NCBI RefSeq assembly: GCF_017873415.1
Contig: NZ_JAGGKD010000001.1
Coordinates: forward strand, 403,973 to 443,972
Direction of reading: 5' to 3'
Length of the DNA: 40,000 bases
DNA from: Methanolobus bombayensis
GTDB lineage: Archaea > Halobacteriota > Methanosarcinia > Methanosarcinales > Methanosarcinaceae
The notes below the pieces were generated by a model that was not told where the DNA came from, did no database searches, and saw nothing but the letters and a program-made list of their open reading frames with translations. The position numbers were made by a program, and so were the translations under genes. Position 1 is the first letter of the stretch. Each line of letters opens with the position of its first letter. Below are positions 20,285-28,929 of this stretch, piece by piece.

Positions 20285-20327
20285 GCGGGGGTTGCCCAGC
20301 CTGGCCAAAGGCGCAGGGCTTAGGACC
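20285..20327 (+). pseudogene. tRNA-Leu 5' fragment (acceptor 5' strand, D-arm, 5' anticodon stem and loop) with a duplicated upstream region
   Basis: The fragment GCGGGGGTTGCCCAGCCTGGCCAAAGGCGCAGGGCTTAGGACC matches the first 43 nt of the intact tRNA-Leu at 20423 with 3 substitutions. Downstream there is no matching 3' anticodon-stem strand, no T-arm consensus and no acceptor 3' strand. Confidence 0.65.
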
Positions 20328-20422
20328 ATATTCATAGGGCTTCATAGCATTTCTATGAAAAATAGATATCTCATTGCGTAATATTAATATGTGAACAATA
20401 TATTTAATGACTACTCTTTTAT

Positions 20423-20507
20423 GCGGGGGTTGCCCAGCTTGGCCAAAGGCGATGGGCTTAGGACCCATTCTCGTAGGAGTCCGTGAGTTCGAATCTCACC
20501 TCCCGCA
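20423..20507 (+). tRNA. tRNA-Leu (anticodon UAG), long variable arm, no encoded CCA; casposon integration target
   Basis: The sequence is GCGGGGGTTGCCCAGCTTGGCCAAAGGCGATGGGCTTAGGACCCATTCTCGTAGGAGTCCGTGAGTTCGAATCTCACCTCCCGCA. The anticodon stem ATGGG pairs with CCCAT and the loop is CT-TAG-GA. The T-arm is GTGAG-TTCGAAT-CTCAC and the acceptor GCGGGGG pairs with CTCCCGC. Confidence 0.85.
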
Positions 20508-20517
20508 TCATTTACCT
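20504..20517. repeat. Target-site duplication copy 1 (CGCATCATTTACCT)
   Basis: This 14-mer is identical to those at 29500-29513 and 38033-38046. It covers the last 4 nt of tRNA-Leu plus 10 nt downstream. The shared string is 16 nt if the two preceding C residues are counted. Confidence 0.85.
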
Positions 20518-20556
20518 GGGATATATACAAGGCGAAAAAAGTGTACGCTTTTGCAA
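20518..20556. repeat. Casposon 1 left terminal inverted repeat
   Basis: GGGATATATACAAGGCGAAAAAAGTGTACGCTTTTGCAA matches the reverse complement of 29461-29499 (GGGATATATACAAGGCGAAAAAAGTGTACGCTTTTGTAA) with one mismatch. Confidence 0.9.
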
Positions 20557-20730
20557 GCATCCCACATAACTATATTATAGAGTTATCAAAGAAAATATTT
20601 TATTTGCATAAATCAGAAGTACAACTCACAGTTTTCTAATATATTCATCTGCTTCGAAATACAATAATTCCACATATGACAAATACAGAAGGAATAAGTC
20701 TATAAATTTAAATACTTCTCAAGCAATTCT

Positions 20731-21366
20731 TTGATGAATAAAATGTTTAATATCAAAAAGGTTACTTCACATATCTTTAATGCAGTAATTCAGGGTTTAA
20801 TATTTGGACTTACTGGGACAATATTAATTTTTGCAATAATATTCATAGCTATTTCACTGTTTCCTACACTCAAAATGTTTGTGCCCTTTACTACTGAAAA
20901 CATGGAGTTATTAAATGTTTCTCTTACGGTTGTTTTTGTATTTGTAACTAGTATTTACGTTTATTTTACATATCAAATTGTGGAACAGTCTTCTATTGAT
21001 CGAAAGATTTCTTTTACTGAAAAAAAACTTGTAAACTTCTATTACCCATTAGAAGATTTCATGAAATTTTCTGTCAAAGCCGTGGGAGATGAACCAAATG
21101 AAAGAGAATTGAGGCGAGATTCAGGTCTTGACACGGTAGAAAAAAGAAATTCCAATCCTATTTATCGAGATATTGTAAAAAACAAATATCTTGCTGACAA
21201 TGAAACCAGAGCCATTTTAGATTCTTTTTTAGACATTTTATCACAGAACAGCAGGTCAAAAAAACCCGAGCATTTATCTGTTTATGATAATTTAAACGCT
21301 TTAGTAAGTTTGAAAATAAAATCTTCACTTGAAGAACTCAATTCATTACTAAATGAGAAAAAATAA
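20731..21366 (+). CDS. Hypothetical membrane-anchored protein (casposon 1 left-arm cargo)
   Basis: The 211-aa product has two N-terminal TM segments and then a charged helical domain. It has no counterpart in casposon 2. The track start is TTG 20731, with an ATG at 20734. Confidence 0.5.
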   Translation: MMNKMFNIKKVTSHIFNAVIQGLIFGLTGTILIFAIIFIAISLFPTLKMFVPFTTENMELLNVSLTVVFVFVTSIYVYFTYQIVEQSSIDRKISFTEKKLVNFYYPLEDFMKFSVKAVGDEPNERELRRDSGLDTVEKRNSNPIYRDIVKNKYLADNETRAILDSFLDILSQNSRSKKPEHLSVYDNLNALVSLKIKSSLEELNSLLNEKK

Positions 21367-21446
21367 TTTCTACACTTAAAGTTAAAGGGGTAATTAGCTC
21401 ATACTTTATTTGTCAAACAATACTTGCAATTATTTTCAAATTACCT

Positions 21447-22649
21447 TTAATATCCATCCCACATCTCCAATCTTTCCTTAACATGAGCATTCACACTAAA
21501 CGGTTTATCCCCTTTTGCATTCTTCTTCATGTAGTGTAATGTACCCTTAGAGAATCCCATTTTCTTCCATTCGGTATAGCCAATAGCAAGAATCTTCTTT
21601 CTAAGAATATCAGTGTCATCCCTCTTCCCAACATAAGCAGGCTTACTAAAATCAATCATTTTTCTATTACCTGTGAGATGTTGAGCTAATTCTCTACCTT
21701 TCAACAACAGGACACTACCCCAAGTAGTATTCTTTTTCCTGTACTCAACTTTACCATTCATCACAGAATTAAACTCAGCAGTGAGCTTCTTTGCTCCTGA
21801 AGGCTTTAGCCTAAGTGAATAACTCTCTGTCCTGATGAAGTCCTTATCCTCCATTGCTTCTTTTTCAATAAGATTAACAACCGCAAGATCAACAAGGAAT
21901 CTAAAAGGCTCTTGGAAATCATAAGCTAAACTATGCTTGCTTGGATTCATTTCATGCAAAAAACCAACACGTGAATCAAGACCTACTGAATTAATAATTC
22001 GTAAACATTCAGATTCAAGTAAAGAATATCCATAATTGAGCATAACATTGGTTTTATCTCCTGCTCCCATTGGACGCCTGTACTTGTCAATTCTTGCTTT
22101 AAAATCATATTCAATAGGAATGACTTTGTTAAACTCATTCCAATACTTCCAAGCAATACCGCCTTCAATACCCATTAATTCCCTGATGGATTTTACATTT
22201 TTGATTTTTCCTTTATCGGTGGTAAAATCATAATCAACTTCGGAGTATCTTTGTTTAAGATAATCAAGCACAGCTTCAGATTTAGATATTTTAGCTTCAA
22301 TGAATTTCTTAGCTATCTTTAATCTAGTTTCCTCATTCTCAAAAGCGTGATATTGAGCAAACTTAATCTTTACATTTGCACTTTCAGGTGGAAGCATTGT
22401 TGTCAATAATTTGCCATCCCAATTAAGTATGGTAACCTGTACATTGTGTTTAACAAGCCATCTAATAGCCTCAATACTGATGTTGCCACTTTTACCATAA
22501 ATTACAATGCTGTCAATATCCATTCTTTTGGGTGAGAATGTGTATTTTTCAGGCTCTTCATTTGCGGAAAATCTGCCATCCTTGACATGTAGTTTAGCAT
22601 TGCTGACACGCATGTCTATTCCATGACCATTTAGTAAGAGCATCTTCAT
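21447..22649 (-). CDS. cas1: Cas1-family integrase (casposase)
   Basis: The 400-aa product starts MKMLLLNGHGIDMRV. Its Cas1 catalytic-region motifs are MGIEGG and VGFLHEMNPSKHSLAYDFQEPFRFLVD, and it has a C-terminal HTH (GFSKGTLHYMKKNA). No cas2 or cas4 lies adjacent. The start overlaps the stop of the upstream wHTH gene (TAATG). Confidence 0.9.
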   Translation of the reverse strand: MKMLLLNGHGIDMRVSNAKLHVKDGRFSANEEPEKYTFSPKRMDIDSIVIYGKSGNISIEAIRWLVKHNVQVTILNWDGKLLTTMLPPESANVKIKFAQYHAFENEETRLKIAKKFIEAKISKSEAVLDYLKQRYSEVDYDFTTDKGKIKNVKSIRELMGIEGGIAWKYWNEFNKVIPIEYDFKARIDKYRRPMGAGDKTNVMLNYGYSLLESECLRIINSVGLDSRVGFLHEMNPSKHSLAYDFQEPFRFLVDLAVVNLIEKEAMEDKDFIRTESYSLRLKPSGAKKLTAEFNSVMNGKVEYRKKNTTWGSVLLLKGRELAQHLTGNRKMIDFSKPAYVGKRDDTDILRKKILAIGYTEWKKMGFSKGTLHYMKKNAKGDKPFSVNAHVKERLEMWDGY

Positions 22650-23521
22650 TAGAATTTCTCCACAGCATCCTTATTCTCTTTAAAATGATCGTCATGCATT
22701 CCAAGATGAGTCATAGCTATGACTCTTACTTGAGCAATGAACTGAGCAGGCTCTTCTTTGCCCTCTAATCTTAACTTTTCCTCAAAATCATAGAGTTCTT
22801 CCCTGTGATCCTCTATTACAAAGGCTGTATAGTTAGAATTATAATCAAGAAGGTCATGAAGGTTGTCTAACTCTTCAGCATCCTTTTTTAGTCTGTCAAT
22901 AATAGCACTATCGTTATAGTATCCTAGTAAAAAGATAAAATGAGTTCTAAGGTTCTTGTGTCCATGTGGTAATGGCTTAGGGTACTTATTCAATAGGCTT
23001 CTAAGCATCTTAATAGCTTCTTGTCTGTTATAGGGTTCTATATCCTTTTTATCTATGTATGTATAGACTATTCTTAGGATATTGTCTATAAGGTCTATGT
23101 CTTCTGTGTCTAATTGGGCTATAAGTATGTCTAATTGGAGAGGATTGAGTAGACAGTGTTTCTCATATCTTTCCAGTTCTTTAAGTGCCATTTTTTGTAT
23201 TATAGGATTATTAGTGGATATTTTACCTATAATCGTATCTATATGTCTTCTTATTTCTTCTGTTTTTTTAAGAGTAAAAAAGCTAGCTCTACCATCCTCT
23301 ACTCTTATTCCTGCTTTTTTAAGAGTATCGCCTTTAAGCTTAGATACTATACCTCTATCCACCATACTGTCAAGCTTTCGATTGATACTCTTGTCACTAT
23401 ATCCACTATCCCCTCTATGCTTATTTTTGAGGGTTTGTATGAGTTGCGACCTTCTAACATAGCCTTGATTGGATAATATTCGTCTGACTTCTTGGTCAAA
23501 GTCTAACCCTTTTTTATACAT
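22649..23521 (-). CDS. Winged-helix DNA-binding protein with a helical-repeat C-terminal domain (casposon core gene)
   Basis: The 290-aa product has an N-terminal wHTH-like region (VRRSQLIQTL...SINRKLDSMVDRGIVSKL). It is collinear with the gene at 31762-32634 in casposon 2 and translationally coupled to cas1. Confidence 0.7.
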   Translation of the reverse strand: MYKKGLDFDQEVRRILSNQGYVRRSQLIQTLKNKHRGDSGYSDKSINRKLDSMVDRGIVSKLKGDTLKKAGIRVEDGRASFFTLKKTEEIRRHIDTIIGKISTNNPIIQKMALKELERYEKHCLLNPLQLDILIAQLDTEDIDLIDNILRIVYTYIDKKDIEPYNRQEAIKMLRSLLNKYPKPLPHGHKNLRTHFIFLLGYYNDSAIIDRLKKDAEELDNLHDLLDYNSNYTAFVIEDHREELYDFEEKLRLEGKEEPAQFIAQVRVIAMTHLGMHDDHFKENKDAVEKF

Positions 23522-23627
23522 ACTTATACCCTAGTTGATATAAGAACTATATCATATTTATACCTAATCTTATACTCACTTTCTGTACAGATATGATGAG
23601 GTACATAGTGTTTTATTGTGACTTATT
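23522..23627. promoter_or_regulatory. Divergent control region of the casposon 1 core (between the wHTH-cas1 operon and the RHH-polB operon)
   Basis: This 106-bp AT-rich intergenic region has TATA-like elements (tatatcatatttatacc). About 93% of its first ~88 nt are identical to the equivalent region of casposon 2 (32635-32723), a higher identity than I see in the flanking coding sequence. Confidence 0.5.
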
Positions 23628-23768
23628 ATGTCCGGTAAAGCAAGAATGATAGTTAGCCTTTCTTCTTACCTTAAGGAGAAAGTGGAATCGTACTCTGAGA
23701 AATATGGCTGTTCTCAAGCTGAAGTGGTGAGAATGGCTCTTATAAGGTATCTGGAGGATGAAGAATGA
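23628..23768 (+). CDS. Ribbon-helix-helix (CopG/MetJ-like) small DNA-binding protein
   Basis: Absent from the track (46 aa). My translation is MSGKARMIVSLSSYLKEKVESYSEKYGCSQAEVVRMALIRYLEDEE, which has the beta-strand, helix, helix pattern of RHH proteins. Its stop overlaps the next start (ATGA). Confidence 0.7.
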   Translation: MSGKARMIVSLSSYLKEKVESYSEKYGCSQAEVVRMALIRYLEDEE

Positions 23769-24409
23769 GCAGACCTGAATTTACCAGAGAATACAGGACT
23801 TATGGAGAATGGCTCAAAGCAATGCCAAGAGATACGAGGTATGCAAAGGAGATCATCAGGAAACACCAGATGTTTCCAGATAAGAGCCTGAATCAATTGA
23901 GAAAATTGAAACTATCTGATGCATCTCTTGCATCTAGGTCATTTGATGCATTATCACCCGTACAGCGAGATATGAGAAAAAGAGCTGTTCTTGCAGTAAA
24001 TGACATGAGAAAGGGTAAATCCCTTACCACAGCGGCAAAAGAGCAGGGAATCAGTGTACAGGACGCTCTCAAGCATCTTGGAAATGCAGTGTATAAGAAA
24101 AATGGACGTTGGGTTGCTACAAAGAGCGATGCCATTGAAAGAGGCAGATGGTTCTATTCTAACGGTAAAAGAGTTAGTGTTGTTGTCAAAAATTCAAAGG
24201 ATGCATCACTTGTCAGTAAGTATCTGAATGCTGTCAGGACTGCATTAAGGACAGGAGATGAAGCAGCACTCAAGCCATTCAAGAATGTTACAATAGAGGG
24301 TGCTGATGGGAAGGATTACCCACTTGAGACAGACCTTGAGAAGCTGTATGAGGCAAATGAACAAATCGAGGACTCTGAGTTCTTGCCAATATACGATGAT
24401 AGGAACTAA
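23765..24409 (+). CDS. Conserved casposon protein of unknown function (possible HTH)
   Basis: The 214-aa product is collinear with the gene at 32874-33512. Both start MSRP.F.REYRTYGEW.KA and end ETDL.KLYE..E.IE..EF. It contains an HTH-like segment, SLTTAAKEQGISVQDALKHLG. Confidence 0.6.
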   Translation: MSRPEFTREYRTYGEWLKAMPRDTRYAKEIIRKHQMFPDKSLNQLRKLKLSDASLASRSFDALSPVQRDMRKRAVLAVNDMRKGKSLTTAAKEQGISVQDALKHLGNAVYKKNGRWVATKSDAIERGRWFYSNGKRVSVVVKNSKDASLVSKYLNAVRTALRTGDEAALKPFKNVTIEGADGKDYPLETDLEKLYEANEQIEDSEFLPIYDDRN

Positions 24410-24437
24410 ACAACCTTAATTCAAGCAGGGGATAGGT

Positions 24438-24794
24438 TTGTCCAACGAAGATTTTATTTTGCAGATAAAACAGCAAGCTAAGAGCGAACAGCTTGTTAAA
24501 AATGGTATCTGCGAAATTTGTGGAGAGACTAATCCCTATGCTTTGAAAATCTACGAGAATCATCACATTTCCACAAGAGGCTTTTCGGATGAAACAAGAG
24601 TGCTTTGTCTGAACTGTCATGCTGCTGTAACTCATTTTCAAAATGAACTCCCTCCTAAGTTTAGATCAAGCCAATTACCGCTAGAGGAGAGACTTGACTA
24701 TGTTCTGCTTACACATGCGGCACTCAGGAAAAGAATGGATGAGATTGAGATTGATTTGTTAAGAAAGAGATATGAGGGAATTAAAAATGAATAA
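24438..24794 (+). CDS. HNH endonuclease
   Basis: The 118-aa product has CEICGE...YENHHIS...LCLNCHAAVT, the HNH/zinc-finger pattern. It uses a TTG start. A homologue sits at the same position in casposon 2. Confidence 0.75.
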   Translation: MSNEDFILQIKQQAKSEQLVKNGICEICGETNPYALKIYENHHISTRGFSDETRVLCLNCHAAVTHFQNELPPKFRSSQLPLEERLDYVLLTHAALRKRMDEIEIDLLRKRYEGIKNE

Positions 24795-27483
24795 TGTTGC
24801 ATTGAGGACATTCTCAACAAAAGAGGAAGAGATGAAGAAACAATTTCCTTACACGTATAAACAAGAGATACCTGATTTTTCCAGAGTCTTGACATTCGAT
24901 ACTGAAACAACAGCAGATGAGTTCCTTAACCTGAAGTTTGGCTCGTTCATGGTACATGAGAATGACGTGTATCAATATGCAGGCTTGTTCTGGGATGACA
25001 GACATGTATCAAAAAAAGAGTATAAAGTGCTGAAAGCGTATGCAGAGAAGTACAACATACGCTTATTCTCTCTTGAAGAGTTTATCAAGATATTTTATTT
25101 GGAAATCTACGAAAGAAAAACGCTCTGTATTGGTTATAACATCAACTTCGACCTGTCACGGATAATTTTAGATTATGGGCATGGCAGGTATTCAGGCAAG
25201 GATGGATTCTCCTTCAAACTAACTGAAGATACAACCTATCCACGTCTTCGCATCAAGCACCTGACAGGCAGATCATACAACGTTGAGTTTACAAGAGCAA
25301 AGGGTAAGTACAGGAAAGAGAGGACGTTCAAAGGTCATTTTCTGGATGTAGCCAATCTTGCATGTACATTGACCGACAATAAATCTCTCACACTTGAGAA
25401 GGCTTGTGAGATATTTGATACTCCAATAAAGAAGAAATCAATAAGCAAACATGGAGTAATAACTCCAAACTATATTGATTACAACATTACAGACGTAAGA
25501 TCAACTTATGAGCTATTCAAAAAAGTAAGCCAGGAGTATGAAAGGTATCAGTTGGCGATTCCAATGACTGATATTTACTCTGCTGCTTCTCTTGGAAAGC
25601 AGGCACTTAATCAGTTCAACATTGCACCTTTTATGCAGCATAATAATGATTTTCCTCCTGAACTTATCGGTAATCAGATGAGTGGATACTATGGAGGAAG
25701 ATGTGAGTGCAAGATAAGGAGAACACCTACTAAGGTTACAGTTCTGGATTTCTTCAGTATGTACCCAACTGTAACCCTCCTTCTTGGTCTTTGGGATTTT
25801 GTGATTGCAGATAAAATCCATCATGTTGATGACACAGAGAACGTCAGGCAATTTATTGAAGAATTTACGTTTGAGGATGCTCTTAACCGTGATATTTGGG
25901 AGAAGCTAAACGTTCTTGTTGAAATAGAGCCTGATGATGATATTCTACCTGTTAGAACAAAGTATGCAGGAGAGGATGGAACGTTAAACATCGGTATTAA
26001 TCACATAACAATGAATGAATCGTTGTATTACTTCTTGCCTGACATTCTTGCCTCAAAGCTGCTTACAGGTAAAACTCCCAAGATAAAGAGAGCTATCAGG
26101 TTTATTCCTGAAGGCATACAGGAAAGTCTCACAGAATCAGAAGTCTATGGAGTTCATGTGAATCCAAAAGAGGATAATCTCATCAAAGTTCTCGTTGAAC
26201 GTAGGCAGGAGATTAAGAATGAGATGAAGAAGGTATCAAAGGACTCTCATGACTATGATGTTCTGGATGCACAACAGAGAGCCTTGAAGATTCTTAATAA
26301 TTCCACAACATACGGGATTTATATTGAGATGCATCCAAAGGAAGAGGAAAAACTGAGAGTATTTAGCAACGTTGAGTTTGATTCTAAAGGAAAATATGAA
26401 CAGCCTGGGAAATACTTCAATGCCATCATAGGAGCAAATATTACAGCAGGAGCAAGGCTATTGCTTGCTATTGCAGAGAAGTTTGTGATGGATAAAGGTG
26501 AGGTTCATGCATACATGGATACAGATTCTATTTTTGTTCCTCCGCATCTTGCAGACGAATTGAGTCATCTTTTTGATTCTCTGAATCCTTATGATTTTGA
26601 TAAGCCAATCCTTGAGATTGAGGACGGAATGGAAGACATTTGGTTCTATGGTATCAGTTCCAAGAGATATTGTTTGTTCAGGGAAGAAGGAAATAAGATC
26701 ATCATTCCTGAAGGAAAGAAGCTGTTCTATAAACTGCATGGATTAGGACACATAACAAATCCATTCAAAAGGGAATTGGAGGAAGGAGACCAATGGCACA
26801 AGAAGTTATGGGAGGATATTCTCAGAGTCCATTTTCATCCTGAAGAGCTTCCTGATGTGTTGGAGAAATATGAGAACTATGCTGTAATTTCTAAACTTGC
26901 AGTTTCAACAGGAACAATATTGAGACGATTTGAGAGAATGAACGAAGGGAAGCCATTTGATAAACAAATCAAGCCTTTCAACTTCATGCTTGTTGGGAGT
27001 GGTGCAACAATCAATGAGGATGGGGAGAAGGTCAAGCCTGTTGCTCCTTACAACAATAATCCACAAGTTGCTATTGAGAATGAGTTCATAGACTACAATA
27101 CAGGAGATACGCTTCAAGGAAGGGAATACTGGAAGCCATTAAGTGATGTATTCCTTGATTACATAAATCATCCTGAAGCTAAATTTGAAGGAGATATAGG
27201 AGTACTGCAAAGGAGACATCTTACTCCTACTGGGTGCGTGTATATTGGTAAGGAAGCAAATAAGGTTGAAATGCAGGAATTAGAGAGCAATGAAGTTGAG
27301 ATATACCACGATATAGAGAAGATAAGGGAATTTGTTCTAGGTTTAAAGCCTGATAAAGCTAAAGAGATTGGAATTGAGCATAGGAGCGCATTAAAGCAAT
27401 TGAAGGATAGGGTAAGAGAAGGAGACTTTAATATGAATACTAAATTGATGAGGATGGTAATAGGAAAAATTTATAGTAGATAA
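24772..27483 (+). CDS. polB: Family B DNA polymerase (casposon PolB)
   Basis: The exonuclease motifs are ExoI FDTETT, ExoII YNINFDLSRI and ExoIII YNITDV. The polymerase motifs are A LDFFSMYPT, B KILNNSTTYG, C YMDTDSIF and KxY SSKRY. By homology with the casposon 2 copy, the likely true start is ATG 24787 (MNNVALR...). Confidence 0.9.
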   Translation: MRELKMNNVALRTFSTKEEEMKKQFPYTYKQEIPDFSRVLTFDTETTADEFLNLKFGSFMVHENDVYQYAGLFWDDRHVSKKEYKVLKAYAEKYNIRLFSLEEFIKIFYLEIYERKTLCIGYNINFDLSRIILDYGHGRYSGKDGFSFKLTEDTTYPRLRIKHLTGRSYNVEFTRAKGKYRKERTFKGHFLDVANLACTLTDNKSLTLEKACEIFDTPIKKKSISKHGVITPNYIDYNITDVRSTYELFKKVSQEYERYQLAIPMTDIYSAASLGKQALNQFNIAPFMQHNNDFPPELIGNQMSGYYGGRCECKIRRTPTKVTVLDFFSMYPTVTLLLGLWDFVIADKIHHVDDTENVRQFIEEFTFEDALNRDIWEKLNVLVEIEPDDDILPVRTKYAGEDGTLNIGINHITMNESLYYFLPDILASKLLTGKTPKIKRAIRFIPEGIQESLTESEVYGVHVNPKEDNLIKVLVERRQEIKNEMKKVSKDSHDYDVLDAQQRALKILNNSTTYGIYIEMHPKEEEKLRVFSNVEFDSKGKYEQPGKYFNAIIGANITAGARLLLAIAEKFVMDKGEVHAYMDTDSIFVPPHLADELSHLFDSLNPYDFDKPILEIEDGMEDIWFYGISSKRYCLFREEGNKIIIPEGKKLFYKLHGLGHITNPFKRELEEGDQWHKKLWEDILRVHFHPEELPDVLEKYENYAVISKLAVSTGTILRRFERMNEGKPFDKQIKPFNFMLVGSGATINEDGEKVKPVAPYNNNPQVAIENEFIDYNTGDTLQGREYWKPLSDVFLDYINHPEAKFEGDIGVLQRRHLTPTGCVYIGKEANKVEMQELESNEVEIYHDIEKIREFVLGLKPDKAKEIGIEHRSALKQLKDRVREGDFNMNTKLMRMVIGKIYSR

Positions 27484-27500
27484 AATCTTTAAAAAGAGTT

Positions 27501-28388
27501 GTGACTGGTAAATCTATCAAGGAAATAATTGAAGATCATAAAAAAATCATGTCTTCTCTAAACATCAATAAAACTCTAAATAACTTAAGTAGTTCATTTA
27601 TTCTACCTTCTTCTTTCAATAATGGTAGGCAAAAGTCTTTAAAAAAAGTAATAACCGAGATAAATGAATATGAAAAAGCTGGTAACAACTATTCTGACGA
27701 AATTTGCCACACATGTAATAAAAAAATAAATAGTCATCTATTTTACTCTTTAAGAAAATATGAAGAGGTACAATTAGATGATGATTTGGAATATAGAGTA
27801 GAGGATCAATTAGAAGACAAACTAATTGAATGTAATGATTTTTGTTCAGGCTCTTGCCTTGAAGCATTTTCTGACAAACATGAAGAGACAATTGAGGAAT
27901 ATGAACTATATGAGGTCAGAAGATGTTCTTGTTATTATGACTGTCTTGATCTTGAAAACATAAGAGGGATTTGTGAAAGAGAAGAACGTTTAGATTATGA
28001 ATCTAACCTTTTCCCATCACTTCCATTACATAATTTTTGTGAACCAGCTGACGCAGGCATAATCAAAGCATCAATAAATATTAAAAAGCAATTAGACGAA
28101 GGATCAAAGCAAAATTCAGATCATTTTAAGATAACAGCAGTAATGACTATATTAGTAATATTGTTAACTATCGCCAATATTTTCCTTGTAATTGATACAA
28201 ATTATGAACATCAGCTAGATAGTATAGATGCAAAACTTGGTGCGATTAACAACAGTCTCTCATCTCTTAATAATCAAGCCAATGACATTAATTCTGAACT
28301 AGATCCAAGCACTCTTTTAGTCAGTAGTAATTTAGAAAACTCTCTAGATAATACCAATAAGACAGTTGAATTCTCAAATAAAAGTTGA
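27501..28388 (+). CDS. Hypothetical Cys-rich protein with a C-terminal TM segment (casposon 1 right-arm cargo)
   Basis: The 295-aa product uses a GTG start. It has several Cys clusters (CHTCNKK, CNDFCSGSC, CSCYYDC), one TM segment (ITAVMTILVILLTIANIFLVI) and an N/S-rich tail. It has no counterpart in casposon 2. Confidence 0.5.
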   Translation: MTGKSIKEIIEDHKKIMSSLNINKTLNNLSSSFILPSSFNNGRQKSLKKVITEINEYEKAGNNYSDEICHTCNKKINSHLFYSLRKYEEVQLDDDLEYRVEDQLEDKLIECNDFCSGSCLEAFSDKHEETIEEYELYEVRRCSCYYDCLDLENIRGICEREERLDYESNLFPSLPLHNFCEPADAGIIKASINIKKQLDEGSKQNSDHFKITAVMTILVILLTIANIFLVIDTNYEHQLDSIDAKLGAINNSLSSLNNQANDINSELDPSTLLVSSNLENSLDNTNKTVEFSNKS

Positions 28389-28399
28389 AATATTCAAAT

Positions 28400-28504
28400 A
28401 TGGAAAAAATAATAACATTTATTGTATGCATGATTATATTAGGCATTGCACTCATTGGAGTTTTGCTGTTTTTAGCCTGGTTTGATCCTACTTTATCTAC
28501 GTGA
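28400..28504 (+). CDS. Possible 34-aa hydrophobic peptide
   Basis: Absent from the track. My translation is MEKIITFIVCMIILGIALIGVLLFLAWFDPTLST, a single TM segment. The only evidence is the ORF and its hydrophobicity. Confidence 0.3.
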   Translation: MEKIITFIVCMIILGIALIGVLLFLAWFDPTLST

Positions 28505-28522
28505 GCATAGTGGTTTAGGTGA

Positions 28523-28918
28523 TTATGTCTTTTTAGGAAGCATAAGAAATGGTAGAAAAACTGCTAGGATAATAAGAAGAATGTAAAGTAAAAAGATATA
28601 CATTTTTGTGTAGGATTGTGTTATTTGTATCGAATCTGATGTAAAGATATAATACGAAGAAAAGATTCCAAATAGAACATATAAACCAATTGTTTCAAAA
28701 TAAACTTTGAAAGGAAGACTCTTTTTAGATGCTTTAATATAACTGTTTTTTTGATTTAAGGCTTGAGAAGCTTGGTTACTAGCATATTGGATTTTTGCCA
28801 CAGAATCATAATATTCTTCTATATTTGTTTTGAACGTAAAAAATTTATCGTTATCTGTGTAGCTCAAATTATCAATATCTTCTTGACTCAAATTTGTTAT
28901 TTGATTATTTTCAAGCAT
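28523..28918 (-). CDS. Small protein with a soluble N-terminal helix region and a C-terminal 2-TM hairpin (casposon 1 cargo)
   Basis: The 131-aa product is a paralogue of the adjacent gene. Shared pattern: ...SNQASQALNQKNSYIKASKKSLPF versus ...ESQASSFKQEKEKISYERADKKYIPF. Both then have two TM segments and end in LPKK. Confidence 0.55.
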   Translation of the reverse strand: MLENNQITNLSQEDIDNLSYTDNDKFFTFKTNIEEYYDSVAKIQYASNQASQALNQKNSYIKASKKSLPFKVYFETIGLYVLFGIFSSYYIFTSDSIQITQSYTKMYIFLLYILLIILAVFLPFLMLPKKT

Positions 28919-28929
28919 ATATTATCCCT

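Noticed and set aside
20285-20422. The first tRNA-Leu copy as an intron-containing or split tRNA
   Set aside because: No complementary 3' anticodon-stem strand, no GTTCGAAT T-loop and no CCCCCGC acceptor strand occurs before the next tRNA starts. It is better explained as a 5' fragment or pseudogene.
20229-20468. 79-aa minus-strand ORF with an internal repeat (...FGQAGQPP...)
   Set aside because: The repeat in the peptide is only the translation of the duplicated tRNA-Leu 5' halves on the opposite strand. It is not a gene.
21447-22649. The Cas1 genes (also 30560-31762) as the adaptation module of the adjacent CRISPR array
   Set aside because: Each cas1 lies inside a TIR-bounded, TSD-flanked element with polB and HNH. 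No cas2 or cas4 is adjacent, and each carries the C-terminal HTH typical of casposases. They lie 6.5-17 kb from the leader-distal end of the array, so I interpret them as transposon integrases.
23082-23476. Plus-strand ORFs antisense to the casposon wHTH genes (also 32248-32487) and short ORFs antisense to cas1 and polB
   Set aside because: They are shadow ORFs in AT-rich coding DNA. The sense-strand genes are conserved between the two casposons at the protein level.
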